A DNA stretch of 64,000 bases from Thermodesulfobacteriota bacterium (GCA_963422265.1 OY729416.1:1568001-1632000); one strand, 5' to 3'; positions 32,221 through 43,563 are shown, numbered from the stretch's first letter. Program-made: numbers and translations. The notes: generated from the letters alone by a model not told the origin.

Positions 32221-32613
32221 TCATCCGTAACGCTCTTGGAAATCCGCCCCTTGGTCGATAGTTCTTTCTCTGAATGAGAGCTTTACGCGGGGGGCGTCGG
32301 ACCAAAGACTTTCTAAGTCGTATAACCCTCTAAAGGTATTCTTAAAAACATGGGCGATGACGTCTCCTGAATCTACCAGAACCCAGTTTCCTTCGGAATA
32401 TCCCTCAACGTCTATTTGTTTCTCTCCAAGCGATCTGAGCTTTTTCTCAATGTTATCGGCAATGGTCCTTACTCCTCTGTCAGAATCGGCGCTGCAGACA
32501 AAAAAAAAGTCCGTTACGTCGCTTAAGGATCTAACCTCCATCAACACTGGGTCTTGCGCTCTCTTCTCCCAGGCGGCAACGGCAATAGACTCTGCCTTTT
32601 CCTTGGCTTCTAT
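32221..32613 (-). CDS. rsfS: Ribosome silencing factor RsfS; probable ATA start at 32613
   Basis: AAWEKRAQD, TDFFFVCSA, WVLVDSGDVIAHVF, YDLESLW; follows nadD. Confidence 0.9.
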   Translation of the reverse strand: MEAKEKAESIAVAAWEKRAQDPVLMEVRSLSDVTDFFFVCSADSDRGVRTIADNIEKKLRSLGEKQIDVEGYSEGNWVLVDSGDVIAHVFKNTFRGLYDLESLWSDAPRVKLSFRERTIDQGADFQERYG

Positions 32614-33287
32614 TGAGGTGCCTCCTGTAGATATAAGTTCTTAGCCATTATATATTCCTCTATTTCCTTCGGGGTTAGGTTGCTAATGGAACCACCCAAT
32701 CTGACTCGTTTTCTTATTTCAGTAGATGAAACCTCCACGCCCTGGATTTCTATAAGTGCTACAAGCTTGCACGCGCTGTTTTTATATAACGTCGCGTTCC
32801 CAGTCTGTTTATAGTATAGAAATTTATCTTCTATCGCAAGTGGTAGGGAACGCGGGCTTAAATTTTCAAATCCGGGTCTTGTTATTACGGCGAAATTAGA
32901 GATTTGAAACAGTTCCCTATAATTTTTCCAGCTTTCTATTGAGCTAAATAATTCATTTCCCAAAATGAAATAAAATTCGGCTTCAGGCTCAACTGATCTA
33001 AGATAAATTAGCGTGTCAATCGTATAGGAAATACCCTCTTTCCTAATTTCATAGTCAACTACGTCAAAAGAGGGGAATTCGCGAACGGCTAACTGTACCA
33101 TCTCGTATCTATCCTCTGGGGAAGTAACGTGAGCTATATTCTTATGAGGGGGACGTCCTGAGGGCACAAAAGACACCTTGTCGAGATTAAGAATCTCTCT
33201 TACCTCCTGGGCAGCGCGCAAATGACCCGTGTGTATTGGATCAAACGTGCCGCCAAAGAGACCGATTTTTTTTTGCTTTCCTAACAC
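32610..33287 (-). CDS. nadD: Nicotinate-nucleotide adenylyltransferase
   Basis: GGTFDPIHTGH, PPHK, SYTIDTL, VSSTEIR. Confidence 0.96.
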   Translation of the reverse strand: MLGKQKKIGLFGGTFDPIHTGHLRAAQEVREILNLDKVSFVPSGRPPHKNIAHVTSPEDRYEMVQLAVREFPSFDVVDYEIRKEGISYTIDTLIYLRSVEPEAEFYFILGNELFSSIESWKNYRELFQISNFAVITRPGFENLSPRSLPLAIEDKFLYYKQTGNATLYKNSACKLVALIEIQGVEVSSTEIRKRVRLGGSISNLTPKEIEEYIMAKNLYLQEAPQ

Positions 33288-33338
33288 AACAATCTCGCGG
33301 CGGCTCTTTTATTCATACGAGAGAATAGTATCCCAGCA

Positions 33339-34451
33339 TTATATCTTTTTTACGTCTGCCTCTACCATAAATTCTTCCCCGATCCTTTTTATTTTTACGT
33401 TCTCCAAGCCAAGTGAATTTTTTACCGATTTAATTCCAAGCTCCCCTATCATGTTTATACCTTCTCTACCCAAAATCCTCGGGGCATAGAAAATTGTGAC
33501 CTTATTTACGATCTGTGATTTTAATGCTTGCGCAGCCACCTGGCTACCTCCCTCAATAAGCAAATTCATTATCCCAAGCTTGCCCAGAGACTTCATTAGC
33601 CCCCGTAAATTAATAAGCCCATCTTTATTTGTTCTCTCCGTGAGAATTTTAGCACCGCTTTTTTCGAGCTTTTCTTTCTTTCGCAGATCACGCGACTTCG
33701 TCGTCGCTATTATCGAACGCTCGTGAATCAGTATAAGATTTGACTCAGGAGGAATCCTGAGCTTGCTGTCCAATACCACAGGCACGGGATGCCTAGATAT
33801 GCCCTTCTTAAGCCTAACGTCAAGCCGTGGGTTATCGTTAAGCACTGTGTTTATTCCTACCATAACAGCATCAGAGCGCGCTCTCAGCTTGTGAGCGTAC
33901 CTTCTCTGAACTTCGCTTCCTATCCATTTTGAGTCCCCTGTATAAGAAGCGATCTTGCCGTCCATGGTGGCGGCGAGCTTTAGCGTGACAAATGGCGTGC
34001 CAGTAGATATGTATTTGAAAAAGGCTTCATTTACCTCTTTTGCCTTTTCCTCTAGCATTCCAACTTCAACCTTTATTCCCTTCTTCCTTAATACATCTAC
34101 TCCTCCACCATTCACCTTCGGATTTGGATCAAGAACCGCCACGTAAACCGCAGATATCCCATTCTCGGCTATTGCATTTACGCAAGGGGGCGTTTTCTTG
34201 TCTTCATGGCAGCATGGCTCAAGCGTAACAAAAAGTGAAGCACCTTCTAAGCTCTTCTTATTCTTTGTAGCATCGTTAAAAGCCTCAATCTCGGCATGTG
34301 GAAAGCCTGCCTTCTTATGATAACCCTTGCCTATAATCTCACCGCCCTTTACCACCACAGCTCCGACTAGAGGATTGGGACTAGTAAAGCCTTCCGCTTT
34401 CTTTGCGAGCCTCAAGGCGAGCGACATATATTTCGCGTGTTCAGTCGGCAT
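33339..34451 (-). CDS. ribD: Riboflavin biosynthesis deaminase/reductase
   Basis: PNPLVGAV, HAE, TLEPCCH, IEGG. Confidence 0.96.
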   Translation of the reverse strand: MPTEHAKYMSLALRLAKKAEGFTSPNPLVGAVVVKGGEIIGKGYHKKAGFPHAEIEAFNDATKNKKSLEGASLFVTLEPCCHEDKKTPPCVNAIAENGISAVYVAVLDPNPKVNGGGVDVLRKKGIKVEVGMLEEKAKEVNEAFFKYISTGTPFVTLKLAATMDGKIASYTGDSKWIGSEVQRRYAHKLRARSDAVMVGINTVLNDNPRLDVRLKKGISRHPVPVVLDSKLRIPPESNLILIHERSIIATTKSRDLRKKEKLEKSGAKILTERTNKDGLINLRGLMKSLGKLGIMNLLIEGGSQVAAQALKSQIVNKVTIFYAPRILGREGINMIGELGIKSVKNSLGLENVKIKRIGEEFMVEADVKKI

Positions 34452-34502
34452 TAAACTATAAAGATAACAAGGTGATATGCGAGATTATTCGTCAGGTTGT
34501 TA

Positions 34503-35828
34503 TCAGTGTATTGTTTCATCGCCTGAATAAAATAACGCCTCGACGAATTCCTCTGCGTTAAACTCTCTCAAATCGCTAAGACCCTCGCCTATACCTATGT
34601 ATTTAACGGGAATATTTAGTTCATCCGCTATGGCTATGATCACGCCTCCCTTTGCCGTGCCGTCGAGCTTAGTAAGAACAATTCCCGTTACACCAAGCAC
34701 TTCGTTAAAGAGTTTAGCTTGCTGAATTGCGTTTTGCCCAGTTGTGGCATCAAGCACAAGAAGTATCTCGTGAGGGGCACCTTCAAGCGCGCGTCCAACT
34801 ACTCTCTTCATTTTCTTAAGCTCTTCCATTAAATTCCCTTTCGTGTGCAGCCTTCCAGCAGTATCTATAATAAGGACATCTACATCAGATGTTGAAGCAG
34901 CGTGAGCCGCGTCATAAGCAACAGATGAAGGGTCTTGACCACTCTGCCCCCTTATAAATTCCGTTCCTACTCTTTTAGACCACACTTCAAGCTGCTCTGT
35001 CGCCGCTGCCCTGAAAGTATCCCCTGCAGCGACCATGACTGCGCCTTGCTCCTGTTTGAACTTATGAGCGAGTTTTCCAATAGTAGTAGTTTTTCCAACT
35101 CCGTTAACGCCTGCTATCATAACTACGAATGGACTAGTATCAACGCTTATTGGATTTCCCTGCCCCTGTATTAATATCTCTCTCACTTCTTCCTTAAGGG
35201 TGTCTGTTAAGACGGATGGGTTACTTAGAGACTTTTTCTCAAGCTTTTTCTCAATTCTTTCTCTCAACTTCATAGTAGTGCTAACACCGACGTCCGCCAT
35301 AATCAGGGTCTCCTCGAAATCCTCCCACAGACTCTCGTCAACCTCTCTTTTCGATACTATCTCACTTAATCTGCTAAAAAGCCCCTTGTTCGTCTTTGAA
35401 AGCCCTGAACGAAGCCTAGCCAACAGTCCCTCTTTGGTATCCGCAATCTCTTCTTTTACTCGTTCAGGCTCAAGCTCTTCTACGCGAACCTCTTGAATTT
35501 TTTGGATAGTCGTTTCTTCAGCGATCTCTATTTCGGAAGTTAACCCTTCCGCTTGCTCAACTTCTTCGCTAGGCGCAATCTCTTCCGTTTTCTTACTCGG
35601 GGTTTCCTCTGGCTCCCCCACATACTCTCTCGTGGGGATTTCTCGTGTTTTGGGTTCAGCAAAGTCATCACTTTCGGGTGCTTCTACTATTTCTTTGGGC
35701 TTTTCTTCAAAGAAAAATAATATTATTAAAGATAAGAGGACTATTAAGCCGAAAATTAGGATAACAACCAGAAGGTCGGAATAAGGGCTGGGAATACTGT
35801 TTAGTAAGGACAATAATATTGCTTCCAT
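34503..35828 (-). CDS. ftsY: SRP receptor FtsY with N-terminal TM segment and acidic region
   Basis: GVNGVGKTTT, DTFRAAA, DTAGR, TKLDGTAKGG. Confidence 0.97.
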   Translation of the reverse strand: MEAILLSLLNSIPSPYSDLLVVILIFGLIVLLSLIILFFFEEKPKEIVEAPESDDFAEPKTREIPTREYVGEPEETPSKKTEEIAPSEEVEQAEGLTSEIEIAEETTIQKIQEVRVEELEPERVKEEIADTKEGLLARLRSGLSKTNKGLFSRLSEIVSKREVDESLWEDFEETLIMADVGVSTTMKLRERIEKKLEKKSLSNPSVLTDTLKEEVREILIQGQGNPISVDTSPFVVMIAGVNGVGKTTTIGKLAHKFKQEQGAVMVAAGDTFRAAATEQLEVWSKRVGTEFIRGQSGQDPSSVAYDAAHAASTSDVDVLIIDTAGRLHTKGNLMEELKKMKRVVGRALEGAPHEILLVLDATTGQNAIQQAKLFNEVLGVTGIVLTKLDGTAKGGVIIAIADELNIPVKYIGIGEGLSDLREFNAEEFVEALFYSGDETIH

Positions 35829-36105
35829 TGCTCATAACACTCCTAATTGGTTATCTGCATCACGGTATATATTAAGTCTATAATGGGATAAGGGCAAATA
35901 CTCCGACCCATGATGCTCACCTAACTCCGTGATAGAATACTGTCCGTGGTCAGAAGTCGTTAGCTATTATCTGGTTATGCACCGTAATTATTGTGTGCTG
36001 TTGTAAGTAGGTTCTAGCGTCTTATTAAGCGCTATTGGATTATTATGAGTAAGAAGGCTACAGTTCTTATAACAAATCTTTTTCGCTAATGCTAAATACT
36101 TTGCT

Positions 36106-37044
36106 ATGACAATTTTCACATCAACTGCACGCAAATTGAAGGATTTAGATTGGACTTTCAAAGGAATAACCTCTAGGCAATCTATTCATAGCTTGCATAC
36201 TTATCCTGCGATGATGGCCTGCCCTCTGGCTCAAAAATTAATAAGATATTTTAGTAGAAATGGTGAAACCGTGTTAGACCCATTCTGTGGCTCTGGAGTA
36301 GTTACTAATGAGGCGATTATGCAGGATAGAAACGTTTATGGATATGATATTAATCCGTTAGCGTTGCTCATTTCGAGAGTAAAATCGAAGCCCATTAACA
36401 AGAAATTCCTTATGGAGGCGTATAGAGAAACTATAAAATCGTATCATGGTTTGAATGCTATAGAGACGCCGTCTTTCAAGAATGTGGATTATTGGTTTAA
36501 ACCGAACGTTATTGAAGGGTTAGCCAAATTAAAATTCGCTGTGAGGCAAATAAGTAATTCTGATATTAGGGATTTTTTTAACGTTGTTTTTAGTAGAGTG
36601 GTAAGAGAAACGAGCAATACAAAAAACTCAGAATTTAAATTGTTTAGGATTAAAAGCCATAAATTGGAGTATCATCATCCTGATGTTTTACTAGCATTTG
36701 AGAAAAGGTCTTTAGAGGCTATACATGTTATGGATAGATTTGAGCGTGAGTATGGCAATAATATGGGTAAATCCGATTTCATATTGCACGATGCGAGAAA
36801 CGAGTTTCCCTTGCGAGGTGAAAGCATCGACCTAATGTTAACCTCGCCCCCTTACGGTGATTCAAGAACTACGGTGGCCTACGGACAATTTTCTAGGCTT
36901 TCCCTGCAATGGATGGATTTGTGGGAGAAAAACCTCGATGTCGAGGCCCTTGGCGGGAAAAAGCGTTCGGTAAAAAAACTCACGCCCATACTGACTGAGA
37001 CTATTGAAAAAGTCTCCAGTATTGATAGCAAGAATACTATTTAA
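36106..37044 (+). pseudogene. N4-cytosine DNA methyltransferase (M.MvaI-like), apparently C-terminally truncated
   Basis: HTYPAMM, DPFCGSG, TSPPYGDSRTTVAYGQFSRL; ends ~45 aa after these motifs, without the expected downstream part (inference). Confidence 0.65.
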
Positions 37045-37112
37045 GGTAAGACTTTGTAACTATGTTGGCGTTAAGTAGCATTGGGCAAAGGCGTTTAATA
37101 CTTGGTTCAATC

Positions 37113-37801
37113 TTATACTTCTATAATTTCTTCAAATAAATATTCTAGCTTGTTTTCATATACTCTGAAACCAGTTCCGTGATTATGTGCCCCCCCCTAG
37201 TCCCCGCGTCGTGCAACCTCAAATCAATTAGTATGTTTCCTTCATCTATCTGTTCTCTTATAATATGCGAATTCGTTCCCCTCATCAATCTAGCTCTATT
37301 GAACTTAAAATACTCCACGCCTCCTCTCATCTCAGAATGCGCATGGACGAGCATTAAAGCAGGTATCTTTTTGTTTAGTTGTTTGGAAAGGTCATCAAAA
37401 TTCCATTGCACAATAATATCTCCTTCAACATGGCGAACTGAAACAGTGTCCTGCTCTATATCAATAAACAATTTAGAACTATTGGGAATCTTCGACATAG
37501 TGAAGTATCAACCGAGTCGGTTATTGCCGTTAGGGGTTCCGTATTTAGATATAGCCTGTAGAGGAGGCATCTTCCAAGCTTTTCTATTAAAAGTGAAAAG
37601 GGTTATCATAGAGTTCACGTTGGACCGGTGCGCTTTTAATTCAATGCCTTCCAAATCAGGCAAATCTATGTTGTTTTCATCGATGTTGAGAAGGCACTCG
37701 AGCGTATAACCTACGCCAGTTGGCCCGCGTCTCAAGGTTTTCACATAACCCAAATTTCTAATATTACTAAAAGCAATCTTAAATTCATCAAGCGTCATCA
37801 T
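37113..37801 (-). pseudogene. MvaI/BcnI-family restriction endonuclease, interrupted
   Basis: GPTGVGYTLE, PDLEGIELK, ITLFT; in-frame TGA at 37510-37508; frameshift at a G8 run (37197-37190) before NHGTGFR. Confidence 0.85.
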
Positions 37802-37820
37802 AATGTTCTGATATTAAATT

Positions 37821-38433
37821 TCAGGAGTCAATTCCAATTAATATAAGTGGAACTCCCGGCACGCCTCTACCCTGCCGAACTACGTTATAGAGTTCTCCTT
37901 CGTAGTATGCTACACCTGAGCTCATCTGTTGTTGAAGGGATTTCATAGGAAGAACTTCTATACCGAGATCAATGTGGTCCCCTACATAAAAAGCTAGATG
38001 TTTAACAAATAAATCATAAGCGACGAATGAATACTTTCCAAATTGCACTTCTATCGCAACGCGATCCTTAACGAAATCCGTTTGATTATAGCTAGATATT
38101 GGAATGTCTCCAGCCTCCTCTATTTCTCTTCTCTGTTTATCAGGACTCATTGTCAATGTCTTTCTTATAAGTTTCTCGCTCTTCGTAACCCAGTATTTAA
38201 CCCTGCTTTCTTGCCATTGCCTTCCTTTAAGAAGTTTCTTAAAACTCTGGTTCATGTCACCCGGACTATATAAAAGCTTACCCTTCTTACTTCTCTCTTT
38301 TGAAATTTTTGTTTTGCAAGTTTCTGCATCAACAAGTTCAATTACCTGTTGTATTTCATTCCATAAATGTGGCTTGTGTACAGTTTAAGAACTCAATACC
38401 GTTCAAGTGTGAGTAAGTTTCTACAATGTTCAT
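37821..38433 (-). pseudogene. BglII/BstYI-family restriction endonuclease with one frameshift
   Basis: MNIVETYSHLNGIEFL/[+1 nt near 38385]/VHKPHLW...NQTDFVKDRVAIEVQFGKY; span is 613 nt = 3n+1. Confidence 0.85.
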
Positions 38434-39421
38434 TTAGGTTCGGGCTTTCTTTGATCCTTTAATAGCTCGGCCTGAGTTGTCATAACTTGCTGTTCCCAGG
38501 GCGATATAGACAAGTTGTTGCCCATCTTAACAGGATCATAAATCTGGCGATTCATCGGTCTTGTTCTTAAGGTTCCTTCAATTTCTTTCCGTATCCTATC
38601 GTTTGATATTCTTATATATTCTTCTACCACCTCAGATCCAACCCCCCCCTCCCGTGTCTTATCGCTGCCACTATTGAAGTCCCAACGCCTAGAAAAGGAT
38701 CAAGAACCCAGTCATTCTTATTGGTCAATGATAGAACTAAACGTTCTATTAATTCGACCGGATACTGACATGGATGCACGGTTTTCTCTACGTGATTACT
38801 CTTGACGTTAGGGATATCCCACACGTCGCTCGGATTTTTACCGAGAGGATTGCCGGAATATTGACCTTTTTTTGGGCCTTTGAAATACTTCTTGCCGGGA
38901 TATTTTTGAGAAACTCGCACAGGATCAAGATTAAATACGTAATTGTTACTCTTAGTAAACCAATTGATCGTTTCATACCGTCCAGAGAATCTTTTCCTGC
39001 AATGAAGCCCGTGTTCGAACCGCCACATAATCCTGTTACGCATCTTTAATCCAAGCTCTATAAAAATGGGATAAAGTATGGCGTCAAGAGGCGCTATAGT
39101 TCCCTTTTCTACGTAGTTGCCAACCTGCCAGCAAATACTGCCTTCTCTTTTTAATACGCGAGCACATTCTTTAATCACCCTAGCTTGTTGTTCTACATAT
39201 TGACTGAGTTTAAGCTTCTTCTCATATCGCTTGCCTATGTTGTATGGGGGTGAGGTAACGACAAGCTGAATGGACTCGTCGGGAATCTCTGTCAACAGGT
39301 CTAAGCAATCTCCTTTGAATACTAGGTAATTTGAATCTGTCCCCTGCTGATTAGCGCCGTTTAAGTTAATGCCGCTCAAAGTAAAGTGCCTCCCCTCCCC
39401 GTTTGAAACACGCGGAGACAC
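38430..39421 (-). pseudogene. Beta-class N4C/N6A DNA methyltransferase, frameshifted at a G8 run
   Basis: TSPPYN, HPCQYP, DPFLGVGT; G8 at 38649-38642 shifts the frame before GSEVVEEYI; span is 992 nt = 3n-1. Confidence 0.85.
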
Positions 39422-39644
39422 GGCTTAAACACGAATTATTGCTAAATAATATAACACATCGCTGCTGAGAAGCGCTGCGATCACCGCCTCTAAATTCAGT
39501 TTGAGGGATAATTGATCAGGGCTAACAATTAATTGCACAACCTATAAGCTGATAATTGGGATGGGGGGCTTTATCCTACTGACAACAAACAACTTTCTTT
39601 AATCATTTGCTAAGCTTAACCTCATTTAGATATAATAAGCTCGC

Positions 39645-42600
39645 ATGTCTGAAGGTTTTGTCCACCTACACTTACACTCGCAATACTCACTGCTTGACGG
39701 CGCCATAAAGTTTGAAGAGCTTTTTCTTCAGTCCAAGGAATTTGACATGGAAGCCGTTGCGCTTACCGATCATGGAAATTTGTTTGGGGCTTATGATTTT
39801 TACAAAAAGGCTAAGGAAGCCGGGGTGAAGCCTATTATAGGATGCGAGATTTACGTAACTCCCAAAATAAACCCTGATAAACCCTCAGAGGGAAAAACTT
39901 ACCACCTAACGGTTCTATCGATGAACTATGAAGGCTATCAAAACCTTTCAAGGCTTGTAACAAAGGGCTATTTAGAGGGTTTTTATAGAAAGCCTAGGGT
40001 AGATCACGACTTATTGGATAAACACAGCAATGGGCTTATTGCCCTAAGTGGTTGCCTAAACAGTGAGTTGTCTCAAACGATTTTTACCAAGAACGTGAAA
40101 GCCGCCTTGGGAGTCGCCGCACAGTATAGAGAAATATTCGGCGATAGATACTACCTAGAGGTTCAGGCTACGGGACTACCAGAACAAGCGAGAGTTAATA
40201 AAGACGTAAGAAAGATAAGCGATAAGCTCAGAATTCCAATCGTAGCGACCAACGATTGCCACTTTCTAAGAAAGAGAGATTCAAAACCCCACGATGCGCT
40301 ACTGTGCATACAGACAGGCTCTTCGCTTGGAGATTCTAATAGGTTTAGGTTTCAGGGAGATCAGTATTACCTCAAAAGCGAAGAAGAAATGCTCAACGAC
40401 TTAAAGGGTTTCGAAGAAGCAGTTCATAGAACCGTGGAGATAGCGAAGAGATGCGATATTGAGTTTAAGAATGAAGGTTACAAGTTCCCCGAGTTCGAAG
40501 TAGAAGGAGAACAATCGCTCGACGATTATATGGCTGATCTAGCTACTAAAAAACTAAAAGAAAAAATGCGTGAGAGCAACGTTTCAGAGGGCAAGACCAG
40601 CGAGTATGAAGACAGACTCGGCGCCGAGCTCGAGATTATTCAAGAGATGGGCTTCTCAGGTTATTTTCTCGTAGTAGCCGATTTTATTGGCTATGCAAAA
40701 TCAGTTGGGATACCAGTTGGACCAGGTAGGGGCAGCGCTGCGGGTAGTCTGGTTGCGTATGCGCTAGGCATCACGGAAGTCGATCCCATTTCCTATAATT
40801 TAATATTCGAAAGGTTTCTAAACCCAGAGCGAATCAGTATGCCTGACATAGATATAGACTTCTGCGCTGAGGGAAGGGATGAGGTAATAAAATACGTTAC
40901 TGAAAAATACGGCTCTGATAAAGTCGCTCAGATCGGAACTTTTGGGACAATGTCCGCAAAGGCGGTTATCAAAGACGTAGGCAGGGTTATGGGAATTCCC
41001 TATGCCGACGTAGATAAGGTAACAAAATTGATCCCCTCATTCAGGGGTAGGGTATTTAGCATTGAAAAGGCGATTTCGAGCGTTCCAGAGCTAAAAGCGT
41101 TAATTGATAATTCCCCCAATCTCAAGGAAATGATAGAGCTTGCGCGTCCCCTTGAAAATATGGTCAGACACTCCTCCACTCATGCAGCTGGCATTGTTAT
41201 AGCCAACGAGCCTCTGGTCGATCACATACCGCTGTATAGAGGTTCAAACAATGAGGTGGTAAGCCAGTATGATATGAATTCCATTGAAGACCTTGGGTTC
41301 GTAAAGTTTGACTTTCTCGGCTTAAAGACTCTCACCGTAATAGACAAGGCAATTAAACTGATACGTGCAATTCATGGATCGGAAAAGAGCAAGAATATGA
41401 GCGTTGATAATATCCCGCTCGATGATCCTAAGGTTTACGAGCTATTGGCTGCGGGAAATACGAGGGGGATTTTTCAGATCGAGTCCTCTGGGATGAAAGA
41501 AGTACTCGCTAGACTTAAGCCTACCGATTTTGGGGACATTATTGCCGTTCTTGCCCTTTACCGCCCCGGACCGCTGGACAGCGGAATGGTAGATGACTTC
41601 ATTAAACGCAAGCATGGAAAACAGGAAATAAAGTATCCGCTTCCTGATCTAAAGGACATACTAGAAGACACCTACGGACTATTTGTGTATCAAGAGCAGA
41701 TAATGAAAACTGCAAGCGTCGTTGCGGATTACAGTCTCGGAGAAGCGGATCTGTTAAGACGTGCTATGGGTAAAAAGAAGCCCGCTGAAATGAGAGCTCA
41801 GAGGCAAAGATTTCTTCGAGGGGCTAAGGCAAAAGGGATCAAGGATAAAAAGGCTAAAGAAATTTTCGACGCCATGGAAAAGTTTGCGGAGTACTCGTTT
41901 AATAAAAGTCACAGCACGGCTTATGCCTTAATTACGTATCAGACTGCTTATCTCAAGGCGCATTATCCGGCTGAGTTTATGGCTGCTTTGATGACAGTTG
42001 AATCAAACAATAAAGATAAAGTTATTTCCAGCATTACTGAATGTAAGCAAATGGGTATAGACGTGCTCGCCCCAGACGTTAATGAGAGCATGGACGGCTT
42101 CACGGCGTCTGGTGGAAAAATAAGGTTCGGACTCTCAGGAGTAAAAAACGTAGGCGATAGTACCGTTGAGGCTATAATTCAAGCCAGAGGGCAGCAAGAA
42201 CGCTTTGATTCTATATTTAGTTTCTGTGAAATGGTTGAAGCACGTAAACTAAACAGGAGAACCTTTGAGAGCTTAGTCAAGAGCGGCGCCTTTGATTCGC
42301 TCGGTATTAATAGAGCAAGTCTCTTTGAGTCAGTAGAGTCCCTTCTTAGTTATACTTCTATGAAGCAAAAAAGCTCAGCGGAGGGGCAGCATTCTCTCTT
42401 CTCTCTAAGCAATTCGTTCTATTTGCCCACGATTGTGGAAACCAAAGAGTGGAGCGAGAAAGAGCTTCTTACGAACGAAATGGAAGTGCTCGGCTTTTAC
42501 GTTACTACACACCCGATGGCTAAATATTCTTCTGAATTAAATAAGATGACTTCCATTGTAGATACCGAAGCAATTTTAGATATTAAGGAAAAAAGAGACG

Positions 42601-43085
42601 TGATCATTGCTGGAGTCGTGCGTTCACTGACTAGAAAGCACGCGAAAAGTGGTTCAGGCATATATGGAAACATGGTATTAGAGGATATGAAAGGTTCTTT
42701 AGAAGTGATAGTATTTAACGATTTGCTTGTCAAGTCGGGTGAGCTTTTAGAAGATAAATTCGAACCCGTGATTGTGAAAGGGACGCTTGAACCAAGCGAG
42801 GACAGAGCGAGATTAAGGGCTAATGAAATACTATCCTTGAGGGAGCTTAGAAAAGGATCAACTGTGCATATTGTTTTGGATGAAGAACACTCGAAGAGAG
42901 AGAATTATGAGGAGCTAAAAAACATCTTGCTCAATTATCCAGGGGAATCAATAGTCCATATCCACATTGGCACGCAAGATGGCAACGTGGTAGTCGAAGC
43001 GGGCGACGCACGCGTAGATGCGCAAGATAATTTTATTCGTGACGTTGAAAAACTATTAGGTAAAAACTCGCTTAGAGTCCTTTGA
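39645..43085 (+). CDS. dnaE: DNA polymerase III alpha subunit
   Basis: HLHLHSQYSLLDG, GRGSAAGS, PDIDIDF, FNKSHS. Confidence 0.98.
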   Translation: MSEGFVHLHLHSQYSLLDGAIKFEELFLQSKEFDMEAVALTDHGNLFGAYDFYKKAKEAGVKPIIGCEIYVTPKINPDKPSEGKTYHLTVLSMNYEGYQNLSRLVTKGYLEGFYRKPRVDHDLLDKHSNGLIALSGCLNSELSQTIFTKNVKAALGVAAQYREIFGDRYYLEVQATGLPEQARVNKDVRKISDKLRIPIVATNDCHFLRKRDSKPHDALLCIQTGSSLGDSNRFRFQGDQYYLKSEEEMLNDLKGFEEAVHRTVEIAKRCDIEFKNEGYKFPEFEVEGEQSLDDYMADLATKKLKEKMRESNVSEGKTSEYEDRLGAELEIIQEMGFSGYFLVVADFIGYAKSVGIPVGPGRGSAAGSLVAYALGITEVDPISYNLIFERFLNPERISMPDIDIDFCAEGRDEVIKYVTEKYGSDKVAQIGTFGTMSAKAVIKDVGRVMGIPYADVDKVTKLIPSFRGRVFSIEKAISSVPELKALIDNSPNLKEMIELARPLENMVRHSSTHAAGIVIANEPLVDHIPLYRGSNNEVVSQYDMNSIEDLGFVKFDFLGLKTLTVIDKAIKLIRAIHGSEKSKNMSVDNIPLDDPKVYELLAAGNTRGIFQIESSGMKEVLARLKPTDFGDIIAVLALYRPGPLDSGMVDDFIKRKHGKQEIKYPLPDLKDILEDTYGLFVYQEQIMKTASVVADYSLGEADLLRRAMGKKKPAEMRAQRQRFLRGAKAKGIKDKKAKEIFDAMEKFAEYSFNKSHSTAYALITYQTAYLKAHYPAEFMAALMTVESNNKDKVISSITECKQMGIDVLAPDVNESMDGFTASGGKIRFGLSGVKNVGDSTVEAIIQARGQQERFDSIFSFCEMVEARKLNRRTFESLVKSGAFDSLGINRASLFESVESLLSYTSMKQKSSAEGQHSLFSLSNSFYLPTIVETKEWSEKELLTNEMEVLGFYVTTHPMAKYSSELNKMTSIVDTEAILDIKEKRDVIIAGVVRSLTRKHAKSGSGIYGNMVLEDMKGSLEVIVFNDLLVKSGELLEDKFEPVIVKGTLEPSEDRARLRANEILSLRELRKGSTVHIVLDEEHSKRENYEELKNILLNYPGESIVHIHIGTQDGNVVVEAGDARVDAQDNFIRDVEKLLGKNSLRVL

Positions 43086-43107
43086 TGCTTACGCGGGCTA
43101 ATCCCTT

Positions 43108-43386
43108 CTACATGAGTTCCATAAGCTCTCTAAGCGTTCCAGGATCGCTTGTAACCACGAAAACCTCCTGAACGGAAGTTCCACTTCTAGCAATGAGTTT
43201 AGCACCAGCTACCGTGCTGTACTTGTATCGTATTACCAAATTCTCCCCCTTGGTTTTCCCAACTTTGATTTCCCCAGGTATTATCGTTTTAATAAAATCC
43301 AAAGGAGACAAATTATCCTCAAGAAATCTCCTTAGTCCCTTTATCATCCCATGCTGGCGTTTGATTTTGTTTTTTCTGTGTTTCAT
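43108..43386 (-). CDS. Small conserved protein, DUF2103-like
   Basis: KRQHGMIKGL, IIPGEI, KLIARSGTSVQEVFVVT. Confidence 0.7.
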   Translation of the reverse strand: MKHRKNKIKRQHGMIKGLRRFLEDNLSPLDFIKTIIPGEIKVGKTKGENLVIRYKYSTVAGAKLIARSGTSVQEVFVVTSDPGTLRELMELM

Positions 43387-43515
43387 ATCGTCCTTTACGT
43401 ATTAACGTTTGCCTCATCCCCGAAGAGGTATATTACAACAGCTTTTCCGTATTGTCATTTTAGCCGTAACAATCCTGTGTCTCATTCCGTTTTCTCAAAG
43501 GCTTCCCAACTTAAT

Positions 43516-43563
43516 TTGACTTAACCCATTCTACGGTTTATAATTGAGAAGTTTTCTCAATTA
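43516..43563 (+). promoter_or_regulatory. Sigma70 promoter overlapped by a Fur/Zur-type operator
   Basis: TTGACT-N17-TATAAT (43516-43544); perfect 10-3-10 palindrome TAATTGAGAA-GTT-TTCTCAATTA (43541-43563). Confidence 0.85.

Noticed and set aside
37508-37510. In-frame TGA codons (here and 10333-10335) as recoding or an alternative genetic code
   Set aside because: Both lie in otherwise damaged R-M genes, and many intact genes in the window end in TGA.
39645-43085. Inteins in DnaE or NrdJ
   Set aside because: Lengths are ordinary and no intein splice-junction or LAGLIDADG motifs were seen.
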